This document shows positions 24,578 through 36,655 of a stretch of DNA of 51,342 nt, in pieces (within the stretch, counting starts at the first letter, position 1; each line of letters starts with the position of its first letter). Made by a program: the position numbers and the translations under genes. Source of the DNA: a virus (Duplodnaviria > Caudoviricetes); the IMG/VR virus record IMGVR_UViG_3300037467_000112, positions 1-51,342 of that record; one strand, written 5' to 3'. The notes beneath the pieces were generated by a model. It was not told where the DNA came from. It made no database searches and saw only the letters and a list, made by a program, of their open reading frames with translations.

Positions 24578-26471
24578 GTACTCGAAGTTCATTGCGCTGA
24601 GTCGTTACAGCCGATGGCTTGAAGACCAAAACCGACGTGAGACTTGGGAAGAGGTTGTTGAACGGTATATGCTGTTCATGGACCTGCATCTGCTGGACAA
24701 GATGAAGTACGGTATGCTGCAGAAAGATTACGATGATCTTCGTGCAGCTATCAAGAACCTAGAAGTTCTGCCGTCCATGCGGGCTCTCATGACTGCTGGC
24801 CCAGCTCTTGAGCGAGACAACACCGCTGGTTACAACTGCGCCTATCTGCCTGTCGACGATCCCCGTGCCTTCGACGAGGCCATGTTCATTCTTCTCTGTG
24901 GCACGGGAGTAGGATTTTCCGTTGAACGAAGCAACACAGAAAAGCTTCCCGTCGTCCCCGAACTGGTCGCCGGGTCTAGCTGTATCGTCGTTGGAGATAG
25001 CAAAGAAGGTTGGGCAGGGTCTCTTCGACAGTTGGTCGAATCTCTGTATGCGGGAGAAATTCCTAGCTGGGACACGAGTAACGTTCGAGCCGCTGGGGCG
25101 AGACTTCACACGTTTGGAGGTCGAGCTAGTGGCCCCGAACCTTTGGAAAGTCTGTTCCGTTTCGTAATTGAAACCTTCCTCAAGGCTCAGGTTCGTCGAC
25201 TAAGTGCCATTGAGTGTCACGACATCATGTGCAAGATCGGTGAAGTGGTTGTGGTTGGTGGCGTTCGACGCTCCGCTATGATCAGCCTCAGCGATCTTGA
25301 AGACGACAAGATGCGTAACGCCAAGTCTGGTGCTTGGTGGTCGGACAACGTCCAACGGGCCTTGGCCAACAACAGTGCAACTTATCTAAGGAAACCTGAT
25401 GTCTCAACGTTCCTCAAAGAATGGAGATCGCTCTACGACAGCCACTCCGGTGAAAGGGGTATCTTCAACCGTGAAGCCTCAGCCAAGCATGTACGCAAAT
25501 CTGGGCGACGTGATCCGAACCACGAGTGGGGAACTAATCCGTGTTCAGAAATCATCCTGAGACCGTACCAGTTCTGCAACCTGACCGAGGTTGTGGTGAG
25601 AGCAACGGACAGCAAGGACGACCTGAAACGCAAGGTCCGGTTGGCTACTATCTTGGGTACGTTCCAATCTACGTTGACGGACTTCAAGTATTTGAGGCCT
25701 ATCTGGAAAGAAAACACCGAAGCGGAACGCCTCCTTGGTGTCTCTCTAACTGGAATCTTGGATAGCCCTTGGCTCCGACATGATCCTGAGTTTCTGGAGG
25801 AAATGAAGCAGTATGCAGTTGAAGTCAACAAAGAGTTTGCCAGAAGTCTTGGTATTAACCCTTCTGCTGCTATCACTTGCGTCAAGCCTAGCGGTACTGT
25901 CAGTCAGCTTGTCGATAGCGCTTCTGGTATTCACCCTCGTTGGTCTGAGTTTTATATTCGGACAGTACGCGGAGACATTAAAGACCCGATGACGCAGTTC
26001 CTTATTGATCAAGGAGTTCCGAATGAACCTGATGTTACCAAACCGAACGATACCGTGGTATTCAGCTTCCCGCAGCGTGCGCCAGAAGGGGCAACTACTC
26101 GGCAAGATATTTCGGCCACTGACCATCTCAAAATTTGGAAAACCTTCCAAGAAAGTTGGTGTGAACACAAACCGTCCATTACGATCAACGTAAAAGAAGA
26201 CGAATGGCTGGACGTGGCAGCTTGGACGTACGACAACTTCGACATGGTGAGTGGCATCAGCTTCTTGCCGTACAGTGAGCACACGTACAAGCAGGCTCCT
26301 TATCAAGAGATCACCGAAGATGAGTACAATTCTTGGGTTGCTAGGATGCCTGACTCTATTGATTGGTCTAAACTTTCTGACTATGAAATTGAAGATACAA
26401 CGACTGGATCGCAAGAATTTGCTTGCACTGGCGGTGTCTGCGAGATCGTCGATCTTGGTAAAGTAAGTTGA
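24570..26471 (+). CDS. nrdJ: Class II (adenosylcobalamin-dependent) ribonucleotide reductase
   Basis: PSMR, YNC, GTGVGFS, GGVRRSA, NPCSEI, TCVKPSGTVS, C-terminal C.GG.C; no NrdB partner present. Confidence 0.93.
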   Translation: MNEYSKFIALSRYSRWLEDQNRRETWEEVVERYMLFMDLHLLDKMKYGMLQKDYDDLRAAIKNLEVLPSMRALMTAGPALERDNTAGYNCAYLPVDDPRAFDEAMFILLCGTGVGFSVERSNTEKLPVVPELVAGSSCIVVGDSKEGWAGSLRQLVESLYAGEIPSWDTSNVRAAGARLHTFGGRASGPEPLESLFRFVIETFLKAQVRRLSAIECHDIMCKIGEVVVVGGVRRSAMISLSDLEDDKMRNAKSGAWWSDNVQRALANNSATYLRKPDVSTFLKEWRSLYDSHSGERGIFNREASAKHVRKSGRRDPNHEWGTNPCSEIILRPYQFCNLTEVVVRATDSKDDLKRKVRLATILGTFQSTLTDFKYLRPIWKENTEAERLLGVSLTGILDSPWLRHDPEFLEEMKQYAVEVNKEFARSLGINPSAAITCVKPSGTVSQLVDSASGIHPRWSEFYIRTVRGDIKDPMTQFLIDQGVPNEPDVTKPNDTVVFSFPQRAPEGATTRQDISATDHLKIWKTFQESWCEHKPSITINVKEDEWLDVAAWTYDNFDMVSGISFLPYSEHTYKQAPYQEITEDEYNSWVARMPDSIDWSKLSDYEIEDTTTGSQEFACTGGVCEIVDLGKVS

Positions 26472-26644
26472 CGACTCTTCAAGAAGCCTTAGAGTACATC
26501 GGAGGCTGTGGAGATGGAGGATGTATTATACTTCCTCCCAAGGGTATGCACACCAACGGCGGTTGTCGTTGTAACAAAGACCCAATGAAAATGAGCCGTC
26601 TTGTCTTTGCTCTCAAACAAGAGATTAAAAGGCTCAGTACCTAA
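26468..26644 (+). CDS. Small Cys-rich protein (58 aa)
   Basis: GCGDGGC...GMHTNGGCRC; last gene of the + arm. Confidence 0.55.
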   Translation: MTTLQEALEYIGGCGDGGCIILPPKGMHTNGGCRCNKDPMKMSRLVFALKQEIKRLST

Positions 26645-26645
26645 T

Positions 26646-26689
26646 AAAAAAGGCCCCCTCGGTGTTACGCCAAGGGGGTCTTCTTTTTT
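26646..26689. terminator. Bidirectional Rho-independent terminator between the converging arms
   Basis: A-tract, GGCCCCCT..AGGGGGTC hairpin, T-tract. Confidence 0.85.
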
Positions 26690-27143
26690 ACTTCTTCGCT
26701 TGTCTATCTCCGAACCACCATGCTAGCGCCATACCGGTCATACTGGCCACCGCCTTAGCGATTGGCTCATGTTCAACGACAGCTAGCGTTGCCATCGTGG
26801 CCACCAGAAGCAAAGTAATGCCGGGCCTAAACAGAGCCAGAACGTCAGTAGCCCAACCATCGACCTTCCCGCTTAGTACGGTTTGGTCCGCGACTGTCGC
26901 TTGAAGCCCCGCGAAGGAGCCTTCGATTTCTTTGGCAACTTGGTCGATTTGCGACTGTTCTTGGGCAGTTTCGATCCCGAGCTTCGCAAGTTCTTTAGCT
27001 TGTTCATAGTCCACCTTCTTTGCCTCAAGGGCGTCCTTGGCCTTCTGCTTGTCGGTAAAGTAACCAAGGCCCTTGTTGATAATTGATCCGGCGATCCCGA
27101 CTACACCGCCGCCGACCGCAGCGTCAGCAAGTAAGTCAACCAC
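26688..27143 (-). CDS. Putative holin (3-TM type)
   Basis: Hydrophobic N-terminus, RP..T, two C-terminal TM segments ending WWFGDR; next to the endolysin. Confidence 0.65.
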   Translation of the reverse strand: MVDLLADAAVGGGVVGIAGSIINKGLGYFTDKQKAKDALEAKKVDYEQAKELAKLGIETAQEQSQIDQVAKEIEGSFAGLQATVADQTVLSGKVDGWATDVLALFRPGITLLLVATMATLAVVEHEPIAKAVASMTGMALAWWFGDRQAKK

Positions 27144-27555
27144 TGTAATCTTCTCCTGTTTCCATCATAGTCGCGAGCCGTTCTGCTCGCTTGCCAACTT
27201 GTTTGGCCCATAGGGAATTACGCATTCCCATTGCAGCCGCCGCATAGTCGCCTCGCTGCATCGCTGCCAGAGTGTTTCTGAAGCTCAGCAGCCCCTTAAT
27301 CCCCATATTGAAACACATGTCCAGCAAGACTTTCTGTCGAACTGGAGACATCTGCTCCCACCAAGGGCAGTTCTTGTTCAGAGCATCCTGAGCACGCTTG
27401 ATGTCATTGGTCAACAGAAAGTCAACCTCTTCGTCAGACAGGCCGACATCATCTAGGTTTCGGCCGACACCAATGGTCAACTTACCGACCGTGTCTTTGT
27501 ACGGTTTGTATTTGATACCCTCGTGAAGTCTAAGCTGTTCTAGAATACTCTTCAT
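27136..27555 (-). CDS. Endolysin, T4-like (GH24) lysozyme
   Basis: HEG....Y.DT.G..TIGVGRNL, M.FNMG, SLWAKQV..RA. Confidence 0.92.
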   Translation of the reverse strand: MKSILEQLRLHEGIKYKPYKDTVGKLTIGVGRNLDDVGLSDEEVDFLLTNDIKRAQDALNKNCPWWEQMSPVRQKVLLDMCFNMGIKGLLSFRNTLAAMQRGDYAAAAMGMRNSLWAKQVGKRAERLATMMETGEDYSG

Positions 27556-27689
27556 TATCGACATTTAGCCAAGTGGATGGCCCTCCGTACTGTTGCGTAA
27601 TGCTTACGGACTTGGGGGTAGACCCGTTGGAATAGCTCCTCGGGGTCGTACACACCTTCATCCAGTAGTTGCTTGATTAGTTTATCCAT
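27555..27689 (-). CDS. Small hypothetical protein (44 aa)
   Basis: ORF coupled to the endolysin start by a TAATG overlap. Confidence 0.5.
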   Translation of the reverse strand: MDKLIKQLLDEGVYDPEELFQRVYPQVRKHYATVRRAIHLAKCR

Positions 27690-30198
27690 CCTTGGCATAC
27701 CTCTTAGTCAGACTAAGCCTGTCGTTCCAGTGGTCAATTCCGCGGGGATTCTCCTTAGTCCATCCCTGAGCGCGTTCAAAGTTAGCCATAGCTTCAGCGG
27801 CCTCTTCAGGAGTCTTGGCAGCCATCAGCTTCTTATAGACGTCATGTTTCCGACCTTCAGCGCCCCTCAATTCGTGCAGCAGGAATTCAGTCTGCACACT
27901 GAGATCATTAGGCTGCTTGCCGCGTTGATCAGCAAACGCCTTCAGTTCGTCGAGACGGGGGCCAAGCCAGTTGGCAATACCGAAGGCACCGCTGTCCTTG
28001 TTCACCGAGTTGGGATTAACCCCACCGGATTCCCAATGAAGCGCACCAACAATAGCGGCCTGAGCAACGGGCGGGAACTCAGTGGTCTTCAGTACAGCCT
28101 GAACACTCTTTGCAGACTCGGTTGGATCAACGTCCTCCAGAGCCGTCGACTCAGCCTGCTGTTGGGCAGACTTAGCGACAACACCAGTCGACAGATTCAC
28201 CGTCTCAGCTTGAAGGTTTTGGAAGTCCTTAAGCCAAGCGTCGCGAGCCGAGTCAACCTTCTTGGTTTCACCCAGATCAAGCGGAGTGCCAAGAGCGTAG
28301 TGGTTGCGGATCGCCATGTCGGTCTGACTCTTCAGTACGTCGTCGAACTCTTTGAGACCGGTTAGGTTGTCAAGACTCTTGTTCAGAATGTCTACCTGCT
28401 TCTCAAGGGGTTCACTGCGAGTCTTGATGAAGTCTTCGTACGACATACCAGTTCCGCGCATGGCCTGATTAACAGCACCAACCCCGCCCCGGCTGTCCAT
28501 GTTGTCGACCAAACCTTGTTGCTGGCGCTTCATGAATGCAGCGTAGTCTTGGCGGGTGAGCTGAGCAATCCGATACTTGCCAGTGGCTTTGTCGTACTCA
28601 ACCTTGCGGACGATACCGAGGGCATTGTCGTTAAGCTGCATCTGGCCCTGAGTCTTAGCCGTAGTGAAGGTAAGGGCACTGGCACCCACAGTGGCGACAC
28701 CAAGGGCTCGACCGTCCTCAGCCGTGCTGGGGTTCTTGGCTAGAGCCTTGACGTAAGCCCGAATGTGAGGCTGAGCAATCATGCTGGTGGCAGTAGAAAC
28801 AGCTCCGGTGTCCTTAGTGTTAGGCGTGATGTTTTCCCTAACAGCATTGAGGAGCTTGGTCATGGGGACGACACCAGCCTGCAGAGTGGCAGGATCATTA
28901 ACCCCACCAGCAACCTGCTTAGACACAACGTCAACACCATTGGCCACCACCTTGAGAGCGTCCGACCGAATGTTGCCGTGGAACTCAGACAGCTCGGCCT
29001 TGCCACGAAGAAGACTGATCATGCGGGGCAGGAACAGTTCGGTGGAGGCGAGATCACTGAAGTCCACACCAGACGCCTCCTTCTTGAGTTGAGCGGTGGC
29101 TTCCTTGCTGAGCGGGTACATGCCCATGAAGACGGAGCTAGCCATCTGAGGACCAAGCGCCTTGTTGAGCGTCTGGTAGGCCGGGAAGGCTTGTTCAGCT
29201 TTAAGACCAAGAGTGTCGGTCATGAACTCAAACATCTTCTTGCGGTTCTCAGCAGGCATGTCTCGGATCGTGGTGAGCTGAGTCTTCCAGCCGTCAAACT
29301 TCTTGTTGATGTGGTCCAACACACTTTGGTCGGCTCCGGCCAGTTCCTGAAGAGCGGCATTGCGGCCAGTCTCGACAGCAGCCAAACCTTGGTCGATTGT
29401 TTTGGTCCAGTCGGGAATGTCTGCATCAGTTAGACCGTTGCTGACCAGCATGGCGTGGCTAGACAAGGCCCCGTACATCGGGTCCCATTTCTTGTTGACC
29501 ATCGTGATCGTGGCTTCGATGTTTCGCTCTTTGCGGAACTTGTACTCTTCTGACTCAGCCTTGGTCTTAGCCAAGGAAGCGTCCCAAGCCAGCTTGTTAG
29601 CCTCGGCTTGTTGCTTCTCCAGCAGATACTGGAAGCCCATCGTTACGGCTTTCTCGTCGTCAGCCTGAGGGCCAACAAGAACCCGGCCAATCTTAAGAGC
29701 TTGTTGACGTTGCTCAAGATCGACTTGTCGGTCCTGCTCGTCTTGCTCCATCTTGTTTTGGGTGTCGCGGAACAGATAATGGTCCCACTTATTTTTGGCA
29801 AGGTAATCAAAAGCAGCGGCAGCTTGGTCAGGATGCTGAGCGAGCGTACGACTGATGAAGTCTTCCATGTACATGTCGACAGAGCCAGCAGGACGTTGAC
29901 CCTGATCTTGTGCTTTCTGGATGATCGTCAGTTGCTTGTGAGCGTCTTCAGCGATCTTGGGCACGGTCATAAGGGGCCGACCCGAAGCAGCACTCAAGCC
30001 GGCCATCATTGACTTCACAGCGTCGTTTTGGGTAGCTCTATCATCAAGTGCTTGCTGAGACTTTTTACGGGTATCAGCAGCGTCCAGAAGCTGGCTACCG
30101 AAGTGAGCCAGCCCCGTTAGAAAGTTCGAACTAGTTCCCCGAGCGTCCACAACATTGCCGCGCGGAGAGGCGGGTTCAAGAGTTTCAGTTAGTGCCAT
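27682..30198 (-). CDS. Internal virion (ejection) protein with a C-terminal phage-tail-lysozyme domain
   Basis: 838 aa; C-terminal AAIVG.L..ESG.VNP...[10 protein letters not shown]...Q..FLLHEL..FER. Confidence 0.8.
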   Translation of the reverse strand: MALTETLEPASPRGNVVDARGTSSNFLTGLAHFGSQLLDAADTRKKSQQALDDRATQNDAVKSMMAGLSAASGRPLMTVPKIAEDAHKQLTIIQKAQDQGQRPAGSVDMYMEDFISRTLAQHPDQAAAAFDYLAKNKWDHYLFRDTQNKMEQDEQDRQVDLEQRQQALKIGRVLVGPQADDEKAVTMGFQYLLEKQQAEANKLAWDASLAKTKAESEEYKFRKERNIEATITMVNKKWDPMYGALSSHAMLVSNGLTDADIPDWTKTIDQGLAAVETGRNAALQELAGADQSVLDHINKKFDGWKTQLTTIRDMPAENRKKMFEFMTDTLGLKAEQAFPAYQTLNKALGPQMASSVFMGMYPLSKEATAQLKKEASGVDFSDLASTELFLPRMISLLRGKAELSEFHGNIRSDALKVVANGVDVVSKQVAGGVNDPATLQAGVVPMTKLLNAVRENITPNTKDTGAVSTATSMIAQPHIRAYVKALAKNPSTAEDGRALGVATVGASALTFTTAKTQGQMQLNDNALGIVRKVEYDKATGKYRIAQLTRQDYAAFMKRQQQGLVDNMDSRGGVGAVNQAMRGTGMSYEDFIKTRSEPLEKQVDILNKSLDNLTGLKEFDDVLKSQTDMAIRNHYALGTPLDLGETKKVDSARDAWLKDFQNLQAETVNLSTGVVAKSAQQQAESTALEDVDPTESAKSVQAVLKTTEFPPVAQAAIVGALHWESGGVNPNSVNKDSGAFGIANWLGPRLDELKAFADQRGKQPNDLSVQTEFLLHELRGAEGRKHDVYKKLMAAKTPEEAAEAMANFERAQGWTKENPRGIDHWNDRLSLTKRYAKDG

Positions 30199-33100
30199 AG
30201 TTGGCAGACTCCTTTTGCATTTGAATCATCGCCTCTTCTTGAGCCCTCTTCTTGGTGAACGATTGGTTCACGCTGTCGAAGACACTTTGCGGCGTGTTGT
30301 GTTGAGTTTTGATCAGAACGTCTCGCTTGATGTCAGGGGGCAGCAGCTTCACAAACAGGTTGATCTGTTCACGAATCTCGTCTGCCTTGTCAGGATACTC
30401 AGCGTACTGTTGACGATAAGCGATCAGAACTTTGCTGGCTTCGTCCACAGACTTCTTGCGATCCTTCATCCAACCCATCATGGCCGACAGTTGGTCGATC
30501 TCACCGGGTTGAGCACCAAACACCAGGACGCCCCAAGCATCTTGCTTAGGCACGTCGTCAGCCATAATCGAACCAGAGTTATTCTGATACGTGCCGTACT
30601 TGAAGACCATGTAAGCCTTCAGGCCGTTAGACAGAGTGCTGATGTTCGACGCCAGCTTGAGAGCCGCATCTCGACTAAGCGGGTTGTCCAAGTTTCCCCC
30701 ACCTTCAGCCGTAGCGTACTTAACAAGATCAATGAAGGTCTTGCCAGTCGTGCCGACAATAGCCCCGGTAGCACCTAGACCCATCTCAGCCAAAGACTTG
30801 TCTCCGTACTGGTTCCAGCCAAAGAGACCCTTAATCAGGTCACCAGACCAGCTAGCCGTACCGAAACGCTTGCCGAGTTGAAGGTCTGCACCAGTCGTGT
30901 GGTACAGCATTTCGTCCAGTAGGCCACGGTCAAAGGCACCAGCAAGGGTGTCCAGCGGGTTCTTGCCGTCTTGTCCCGGAGGGTTGTGGTTCTTTCCAAG
31001 CTCACTGGCAACCGACAAGATCGGAACACCAGCCGTGCCGTAAAGCAGGAACTGACCGATAACCAAACGAGCCTTCTGCTCAAGCGAGAACTGTTTGCCG
31101 AAGATAGCTTCCATTACCCGAGCGTTGTACGCCCAGAATTGAGTAGGAACACTCAGCACCCCACGCTGCCACCAAGACTTGGACGCTTCACCCATGTTAA
31201 AGCTGAAGTCCTCAGCCCGGCCAGCAACCTTAGTCAGGAACTCGTTTGACTTCCAGCTAAGACGAGGAGCTTCTTCCTTGACAGTCTTCCACGCCATGTG
31301 CCAAGCAACCGAGCGGTTCCAGGCTTCACCTTCGTTGAAGAACCAGCGTCCGTGTTCTCGAACAGTCTTGACACCCTTAGTCCAGCCGCTAGAGAAGACG
31401 TTGGGTCCAGCCGACTGAATGAACTGGTGAGTACCAGCACCAACGTCGAAGAAGCCACTGTCCTTGGCAGAGCGCCACATGTGAGCCAGTTCCTCAGGAC
31501 CTTCGAAGCCGAGCTTTTCGGCCATCATGGTGTCTTGAGCAATGTGCTCGATCAGGTGTTCGCCACCCTTGGTCAGGTACGCCCTTAGGAACGGAGCGTG
31601 AACCATAGCGTCCAGACCCCGACGAGGATTGATGAGAGCCGAACTGAACATGGTCGCGCCCTGCAGAGCAAGCTGAGCGGGGTTGAACAGACCAAGCTTC
31701 ATGTCGAAGGCCCAGCCACGCAGCTTCATCAGGGGATTTTCAGTCTCCCACCAATTGGTCACAGCGTAGCCGAGCTTGTGTCTAACGGACTCAGGGTTGG
31801 GTCCCATCACCCAATTAGCCACATCTCGGGCATGTTGTTCAGCAGCCAAGTCGAAATCAGTCTTCCAGCCTAGGATGCTTTGAACAGCCTTACGCTGAGT
31901 CTCAGCCTGCTGGGCAATCAGATTGACTCGCTTGTTACCTTTGACTAGTTCACCCTTCATGAAGCGAGCCATGTTGGACGCATCAGCGGGCAGGTTGGTC
32001 TTGTCGATGTAGCGGTCGTACGTCTTGACCCAGCGCTCAACAGCCTGAGTCTTGAAGTCCGACATACTCGTCAGGTTGGCGATGTTCATAATCGACTTGT
32101 TGATGGTCTTGAACGGATCAATCGTCTTGGCGTCTTGTCCCATCCAGTTCGGAAGAATGTCACCCTTGCCGCTGTAGTACATCTTACCATTGCTTCGAAG
32201 CCAGCCAGCGAAGCCGGTCTCTTCGGGGTCATGGTAGTGCTCGACAGCGTTCTGCATAGCGTACTCATCCGGCAACTCTCGGTCGAAGTAGCCACGGATC
32301 GGAGTGTCGGCTGCAATCTCCTTGTTGGTGATCATAGCCCTGAACTCATCACCACTCGGAAGACCGGCGTGACCCTGGAAGATTAGTTCGTCCAGTTCAG
32401 CACCGGTGATGTCCGGGTTAGTGACAAGAGCTTGACGGGCAGCCTCCATGCGCCCAGCCCAGAACTCTACTTCAGCTTTGGTGCCAGTCATGAAGGTGTT
32501 GGGCGAAGCAAGGTAGCGATCTCCGGTGTCTTTCTGGAAACCGTAGCGAGCCTGCTTGGCGAAATACTTCCCCTCGTACATACGGTGGCCACCTTCACGG
32601 TAAGCCAGTTGAGTCCGACGAAGCGAGTTGACTTCAAGCTCATTCGGCTTAGCAAGGAAGTTCTTCACCACGGTTCCGTCAGCCAGTTCCATCGGGCGTT
32701 CCAGTTTAACAAGGATGTAACCCTGAGCCTTCAGACGGTTCCACTCCTTTTCAGTGAGCGGGTTCTGTCGGTTGTAGTGGAAGTTCTTGCTGACATTGTA
32801 CACACGGTCACGGGGCATAGTTTCCATAGCCCGATCAACCAGAGCGTTCTCACCGTCAGCAATACCGATCGGAGTGTGGAACGACACCGACTCAAAGCCG
32901 CGGATAGCTTTCTGCTTCCACAGTTCGTCGTTACGCAGAGCGAACTCAACGTCGTTGATGTTTACAGCAGCTTGGTACGCATCGTACTCACGGTCAGACA
33001 AAGGCCGACCCATGCGCTGATAAAGCACTTCAAGCTCGGAGCGGTTGAACCACTTGCCGTCCAGCTCACCCTTCTTCAGCACCTCACCGAGCAGAAGTTT

Positions 33101-35812
33101 CTGGTTATGATTAAGCTGGCTAAAGGTTTCGCTGTACATCTTCGACAGAGACGTGATGATCTTCTGTCGGGTGTTGGCCGACCGAGCAGCGACGTTGAAC
33201 AGGTGGTCATTCAGAAGCTGTCGGCTGCCCAGCACAAAGCGGCTGAGGAAGTTCTTGGAAGCCGTCGGGGTTTCCATCGTGAAGAAGTTGGTTTCAATCA
33301 TGTCACGATCAACAGTGACGTGCCACGTACCAGCCTCGTCTTGAACCGCATTGGTCACCACCGGAGCTTGAGTAGGCGCATCTTTGGGAGAAGGTACAGT
33401 TTCCAGCGGAAGATCGTTACCACCAACTAGCTCCTCAGTAGGAACAAATGTCTCTTTGCCATCATACTCGACCGGAGTAAAAGATCGTCCAGTTTTAGGG
33501 TCGATCTGAGCTTCGCCGGTGATCTTAACGGGATAGTCCGTATCCTTAGAGCGCCAGACAGCATCCCTACCGGCAGCAGTTCGCGCTTTCATATCTTTAG
33601 GGAACTGACTCGACTTGGCCTTCACCCCACCACGAGGACCGTGAGTGGTGTACGACAGCTTAGAGGTCTCTTCGACAACCTTGCTGGTGCCTTCGTGGAC
33701 TTCCATAGTGACCGGATGGTGAGTCAGCTTTTCAGCAGGCGTACCCGTGAAGTTGCTGATCACTTGACCGTTCTTGATGTCGTCAATCGGCCGCACTTCA
33801 CTCTTACCGAAGCGCAACACAACTCGACCATTGGGATACTCGGCCTTTAACTTCTTCCACAGGCTTTCAACCTGCTTGGCAGTCATGCCCTTGCCTTCGA
33901 GCTTGTGGGCAACCTTAACAGTCGGCACAAGCTTCTCAGTCTTGGTGACAGCAGGAACAAGGTCGTCGAGCTTCTTGGCAGCCGGGCTGGTTACACCGCG
34001 GCGCGACGTCTTGAGCCCTTCAGCAGCGTCCACCAACTCTTGACGGGGGCTGCCTGGAATGTGAATAACCTCGTGCTCACCAAAGCCAAAGCTGTGAGCC
34101 CAATTGCGGGCTTCCGCTTCCGACGTAAAGTCGCCGACAACAAACTTAAGGCGCTTGGTCGTGGAGCCGTCAGCCAGACGAACATCAGACTCAATGACGT
34201 CCTTGACTTCCCGCTTGATGATCGACTCAAAGCGTTCCTTGTTACCGAGGATAGCCGCCTTGATCTCTTCGTCGGTCAGACGACCAGACTGGCGGAGTCG
34301 ATTAAAGACCTCTGACACAGTTTTCTGGGCGTTCTCCAGACGGGTGGCAATGTCCACCGGAGCCGGAACCGTGCTGGCAGCAAGGTGGGGCTCAGGGTTC
34401 ACAGCAGTCGGCAGGGCATTGGCAACAGCCTCATCCATCGACACACCAGTCTTCTCAGCAGCCTTAGCAGCGCCTTCGGCCTCAATCTCCACGAAGGTCC
34501 GAGCAACCAGCTCACTGGCCTCCCTACGGGCACCAGCACGGGCCATCATGCCGGTCAGACTACCGACACCCTTGACCAGCTTCATGCCCTTTGCGACCTC
34601 AGCGGGGCCGACCCAGCCAAAGTTGTCCAGAGTGTCAAACAAGTTCTGGGCGGTGGCAGACGGAGTAGCGCCCAAGCGAGTCAGGATCTCCAGTTCTTGG
34701 GTTCGGCTTTCCAGGCCGAGGGTGGTAGCGTTCTGCGTGACGTTGGGGATTAGCTCCTCACGAACGTACTTGCTGAAGTCCTGAATGGGCATGTGCCACA
34801 GGCTTGCAGCTTCGTTCTCTTGACGCTGACCCGACGCAAGGAAGTCGTACCAGTGCTCAGCCACGTTGTCGGCTCGAACGTTCCCGGTGTTGCCACCAGA
34901 GTTCTTGAGCGGAATCATTCCCATCGCGAAGTCAAAGAGGTTCAGGTACCACGGGTGGTCGTCCACACGCAGCTTGGCCTTCTCGATCTCACGCTGAAGA
35001 ATTAGACGCTTGGCTTCAATGTCGGCAACAGTGTGCGTAGCGTCTCCGTACTGAAGGTTGTTCAGCAGGAGCTTGGCCTGTTGGTCGTCGCCAGCAGCCG
35101 CAAGGTTTTGAATGTTTTCGACAGCACGTTTCTCAGCAGCGTATTCGGCACGCTTCCGAATGTCTTCAGCCATAACAGCCTGAGCGACAGCAGCCGAACC
35201 CTGCAGAACAGTCGGGTCCATTTCCAAGCCAGTGCGTTGCTTCAGGATGTTGACCTGACTGTTGAAGGTGCGCTGCTGGTCTTCCTTGGCGATCTCAATA
35301 CGGTGGCCATAGTCGGTCTCACTGTTGATCGCCTGCTTGTAGACTTCATTAGCGCTGGACAGCGTGTCAATTACGTCTTGACCGTCTGCGACGTGTTTGT
35401 CGATATTGGCCAAAGACAGAACAGTAGCCTGACGATCCTTGGCTTTGTCGGGAATAGCTTCAGGCGTCACTTCGGGCTGGGGGATGGTTCCAAACACACC
35501 TCCTTGAGCAGTGTCACCCGGAATGGACGCACTGAACAGGTTAGCCTGATCTTCATGGATAGCCTGAGCCGCAGCATCAGCTTCAGCCTGATTGTCGTAG
35601 ATACCCATGTGCTTTCCAGTCCTTCTATAGGTCTCAATAGCCTCTTGGTCGGACATGATACGTCCATCGTCAGAGACAGTAGGAATGATGGTCTCACCCC
35701 TATCAGTTCCGATGGTGATGGACCTTACAGTACTAATTGTGCCGTCTGCATTGTGGACAATGGGACGATGTTGTAGATCAATATTACCGGGTTCAAGCAA
35801 AGCTCCGGCCAT
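30185..35812 (-). CDS. Large internal virion (ejection) protein, 1875 aa
   Basis: Size and position after the tail genes; Ala/Gly-rich, largely helical character. Confidence 0.75.
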   Translation of the reverse strand: MAGALLEPGNIDLQHRPIVHNADGTISTVRSITIGTDRGETIIPTVSDDGRIMSDQEAIETYRRTGKHMGIYDNQAEADAAAQAIHEDQANLFSASIPGDTAQGGVFGTIPQPEVTPEAIPDKAKDRQATVLSLANIDKHVADGQDVIDTLSSANEVYKQAINSETDYGHRIEIAKEDQQRTFNSQVNILKQRTGLEMDPTVLQGSAAVAQAVMAEDIRKRAEYAAEKRAVENIQNLAAAGDDQQAKLLLNNLQYGDATHTVADIEAKRLILQREIEKAKLRVDDHPWYLNLFDFAMGMIPLKNSGGNTGNVRADNVAEHWYDFLASGQRQENEAASLWHMPIQDFSKYVREELIPNVTQNATTLGLESRTQELEILTRLGATPSATAQNLFDTLDNFGWVGPAEVAKGMKLVKGVGSLTGMMARAGARREASELVARTFVEIEAEGAAKAAEKTGVSMDEAVANALPTAVNPEPHLAASTVPAPVDIATRLENAQKTVSEVFNRLRQSGRLTDEEIKAAILGNKERFESIIKREVKDVIESDVRLADGSTTKRLKFVVGDFTSEAEARNWAHSFGFGEHEVIHIPGSPRQELVDAAEGLKTSRRGVTSPAAKKLDDLVPAVTKTEKLVPTVKVAHKLEGKGMTAKQVESLWKKLKAEYPNGRVVLRFGKSEVRPIDDIKNGQVISNFTGTPAEKLTHHPVTMEVHEGTSKVVEETSKLSYTTHGPRGGVKAKSSQFPKDMKARTAAGRDAVWRSKDTDYPVKITGEAQIDPKTGRSFTPVEYDGKETFVPTEELVGGNDLPLETVPSPKDAPTQAPVVTNAVQDEAGTWHVTVDRDMIETNFFTMETPTASKNFLSRFVLGSRQLLNDHLFNVAARSANTRQKIITSLSKMYSETFSQLNHNQKLLLGEVLKKGELDGKWFNRSELEVLYQRMGRPLSDREYDAYQAAVNINDVEFALRNDELWKQKAIRGFESVSFHTPIGIADGENALVDRAMETMPRDRVYNVSKNFHYNRQNPLTEKEWNRLKAQGYILVKLERPMELADGTVVKNFLAKPNELEVNSLRRTQLAYREGGHRMYEGKYFAKQARYGFQKDTGDRYLASPNTFMTGTKAEVEFWAGRMEAARQALVTNPDITGAELDELIFQGHAGLPSGDEFRAMITNKEIAADTPIRGYFDRELPDEYAMQNAVEHYHDPEETGFAGWLRSNGKMYYSGKGDILPNWMGQDAKTIDPFKTINKSIMNIANLTSMSDFKTQAVERWVKTYDRYIDKTNLPADASNMARFMKGELVKGNKRVNLIAQQAETQRKAVQSILGWKTDFDLAAEQHARDVANWVMGPNPESVRHKLGYAVTNWWETENPLMKLRGWAFDMKLGLFNPAQLALQGATMFSSALINPRRGLDAMVHAPFLRAYLTKGGEHLIEHIAQDTMMAEKLGFEGPEELAHMWRSAKDSGFFDVGAGTHQFIQSAGPNVFSSGWTKGVKTVREHGRWFFNEGEAWNRSVAWHMAWKTVKEEAPRLSWKSNEFLTKVAGRAEDFSFNMGEASKSWWQRGVLSVPTQFWAYNARVMEAIFGKQFSLEQKARLVIGQFLLYGTAGVPILSVASELGKNHNPPGQDGKNPLDTLAGAFDRGLLDEMLYHTTGADLQLGKRFGTASWSGDLIKGLFGWNQYGDKSLAEMGLGATGAIVGTTGKTFIDLVKYATAEGGGNLDNPLSRDAALKLASNISTLSNGLKAYMVFKYGTYQNNSGSIMADDVPKQDAWGVLVFGAQPGEIDQLSAMMGWMKDRKKSVDEASKVLIAYRQQYAEYPDKADEIREQINLFVKLLPPDIKRDVLIKTQHNTPQSVFDSVNQSFTKKRAQEEAMIQMQKESANYGTN

Positions 35813-36258
35813 TAGCCAGTTCCCTTGGGTTTGAACATATTGGTGAAACCTGGGTTGCTGTACGCAGTCAGGGCAAGATCAGAAACAGCCGAACCCAACT
35901 GAGCATTAGCGGCATAGCCAGCAGCGGCGATACCAGCCTGACTGGCCTTGTTGGTAAACTGATCGTATCGGTCAAGGAAGCTGTAGTTCGAGCTAGCCTG
36001 ACTAGTAATAGATCCAGCACCGCCAAGAGCACTGGACGACCCAGCAACACCTTGGTTCTCAGCAGACTGTTGGGCATTGGCTCTGGCGATAGTGCCAGCC
36101 CGAATGGCCTCACGCTTCTGTCGAGCCTGCTCTAGGGCGTTACGGTTGGCCTCAGCCCGCATGGCGTCTCGTTGGGCACCAGCAGCCTTCTGGCCTGAGT
36201 AAACGCTATAGCCGGTGCCCGCAGCAGCAATAGCAAGTGTAGCAATAGCGAGACACAT
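35812..36258 (-). CDS. Internal virion protein (T7 gp14-like)
   Basis: Hydrophobic N-terminus followed by an Ala/Gln-rich helix; position. Confidence 0.65.
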   Translation of the reverse strand: MCLAIATLAIAAAGTGYSVYSGQKAAGAQRDAMRAEANRNALEQARQKREAIRAGTIARANAQQSAENQGVAGSSSALGGAGSITSQASSNYSFLDRYDQFTNKASQAGIAAAGYAANAQLGSAVSDLALTAYSNPGFTNMFKPKGTG

Positions 36259-36259
36259 C

Positions 36260-36655
36260 TTAAATCTCCAAAACCATTATGTCGTAGTTAACCGGGGACC
36301 CCTTGACGGTCATGATCTCGCCGGTCGCCTTAAAGCCGTTGAACTGAGCGAACCGATACTTTGGAAGGGTGCCGACAAAAGTAAAGATGCGTTCAACCCC
36401 CCGATCCTCAAGTTCACAGAGCATGTCAGCCATGACCTCTCTGAAGTGTCGAAGTCGAGACTTGGTGAAAGGCCCGTCTACGTGAGCGTGCAACCACAGT
36501 CGGTTGTCGTACACACACATTAGAAGTTCGCCAGTCTCGTCCTTATAGACAGTAGTTAACTCATGGTTGGGTATTTCCGCTGTAGGTGACTGCCCAACCC
36601 AAGAGGTCGAAGTCTTTTCCGATTTGGTTGTTTTCGAATCTAAATTGGATTGCAC
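36260..36655 (-). CDS. Putative GNAT-like protein (T7 gp13 position); start uncertain
   Basis: C-terminal RFAQFNGF pattern; located between nozzle and ejection genes. Confidence 0.5.
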   Translation of the reverse strand: MQSNLDSKTTKSEKTSTSWVGQSPTAEIPNHELTTVYKDETGELLMCVYDNRLWLHAHVDGPFTKSRLRHFREVMADMLCELEDRGVERIFTFVGTLPKYRFAQFNGFKATGEIMTVKGSPVNYDIMVLEI

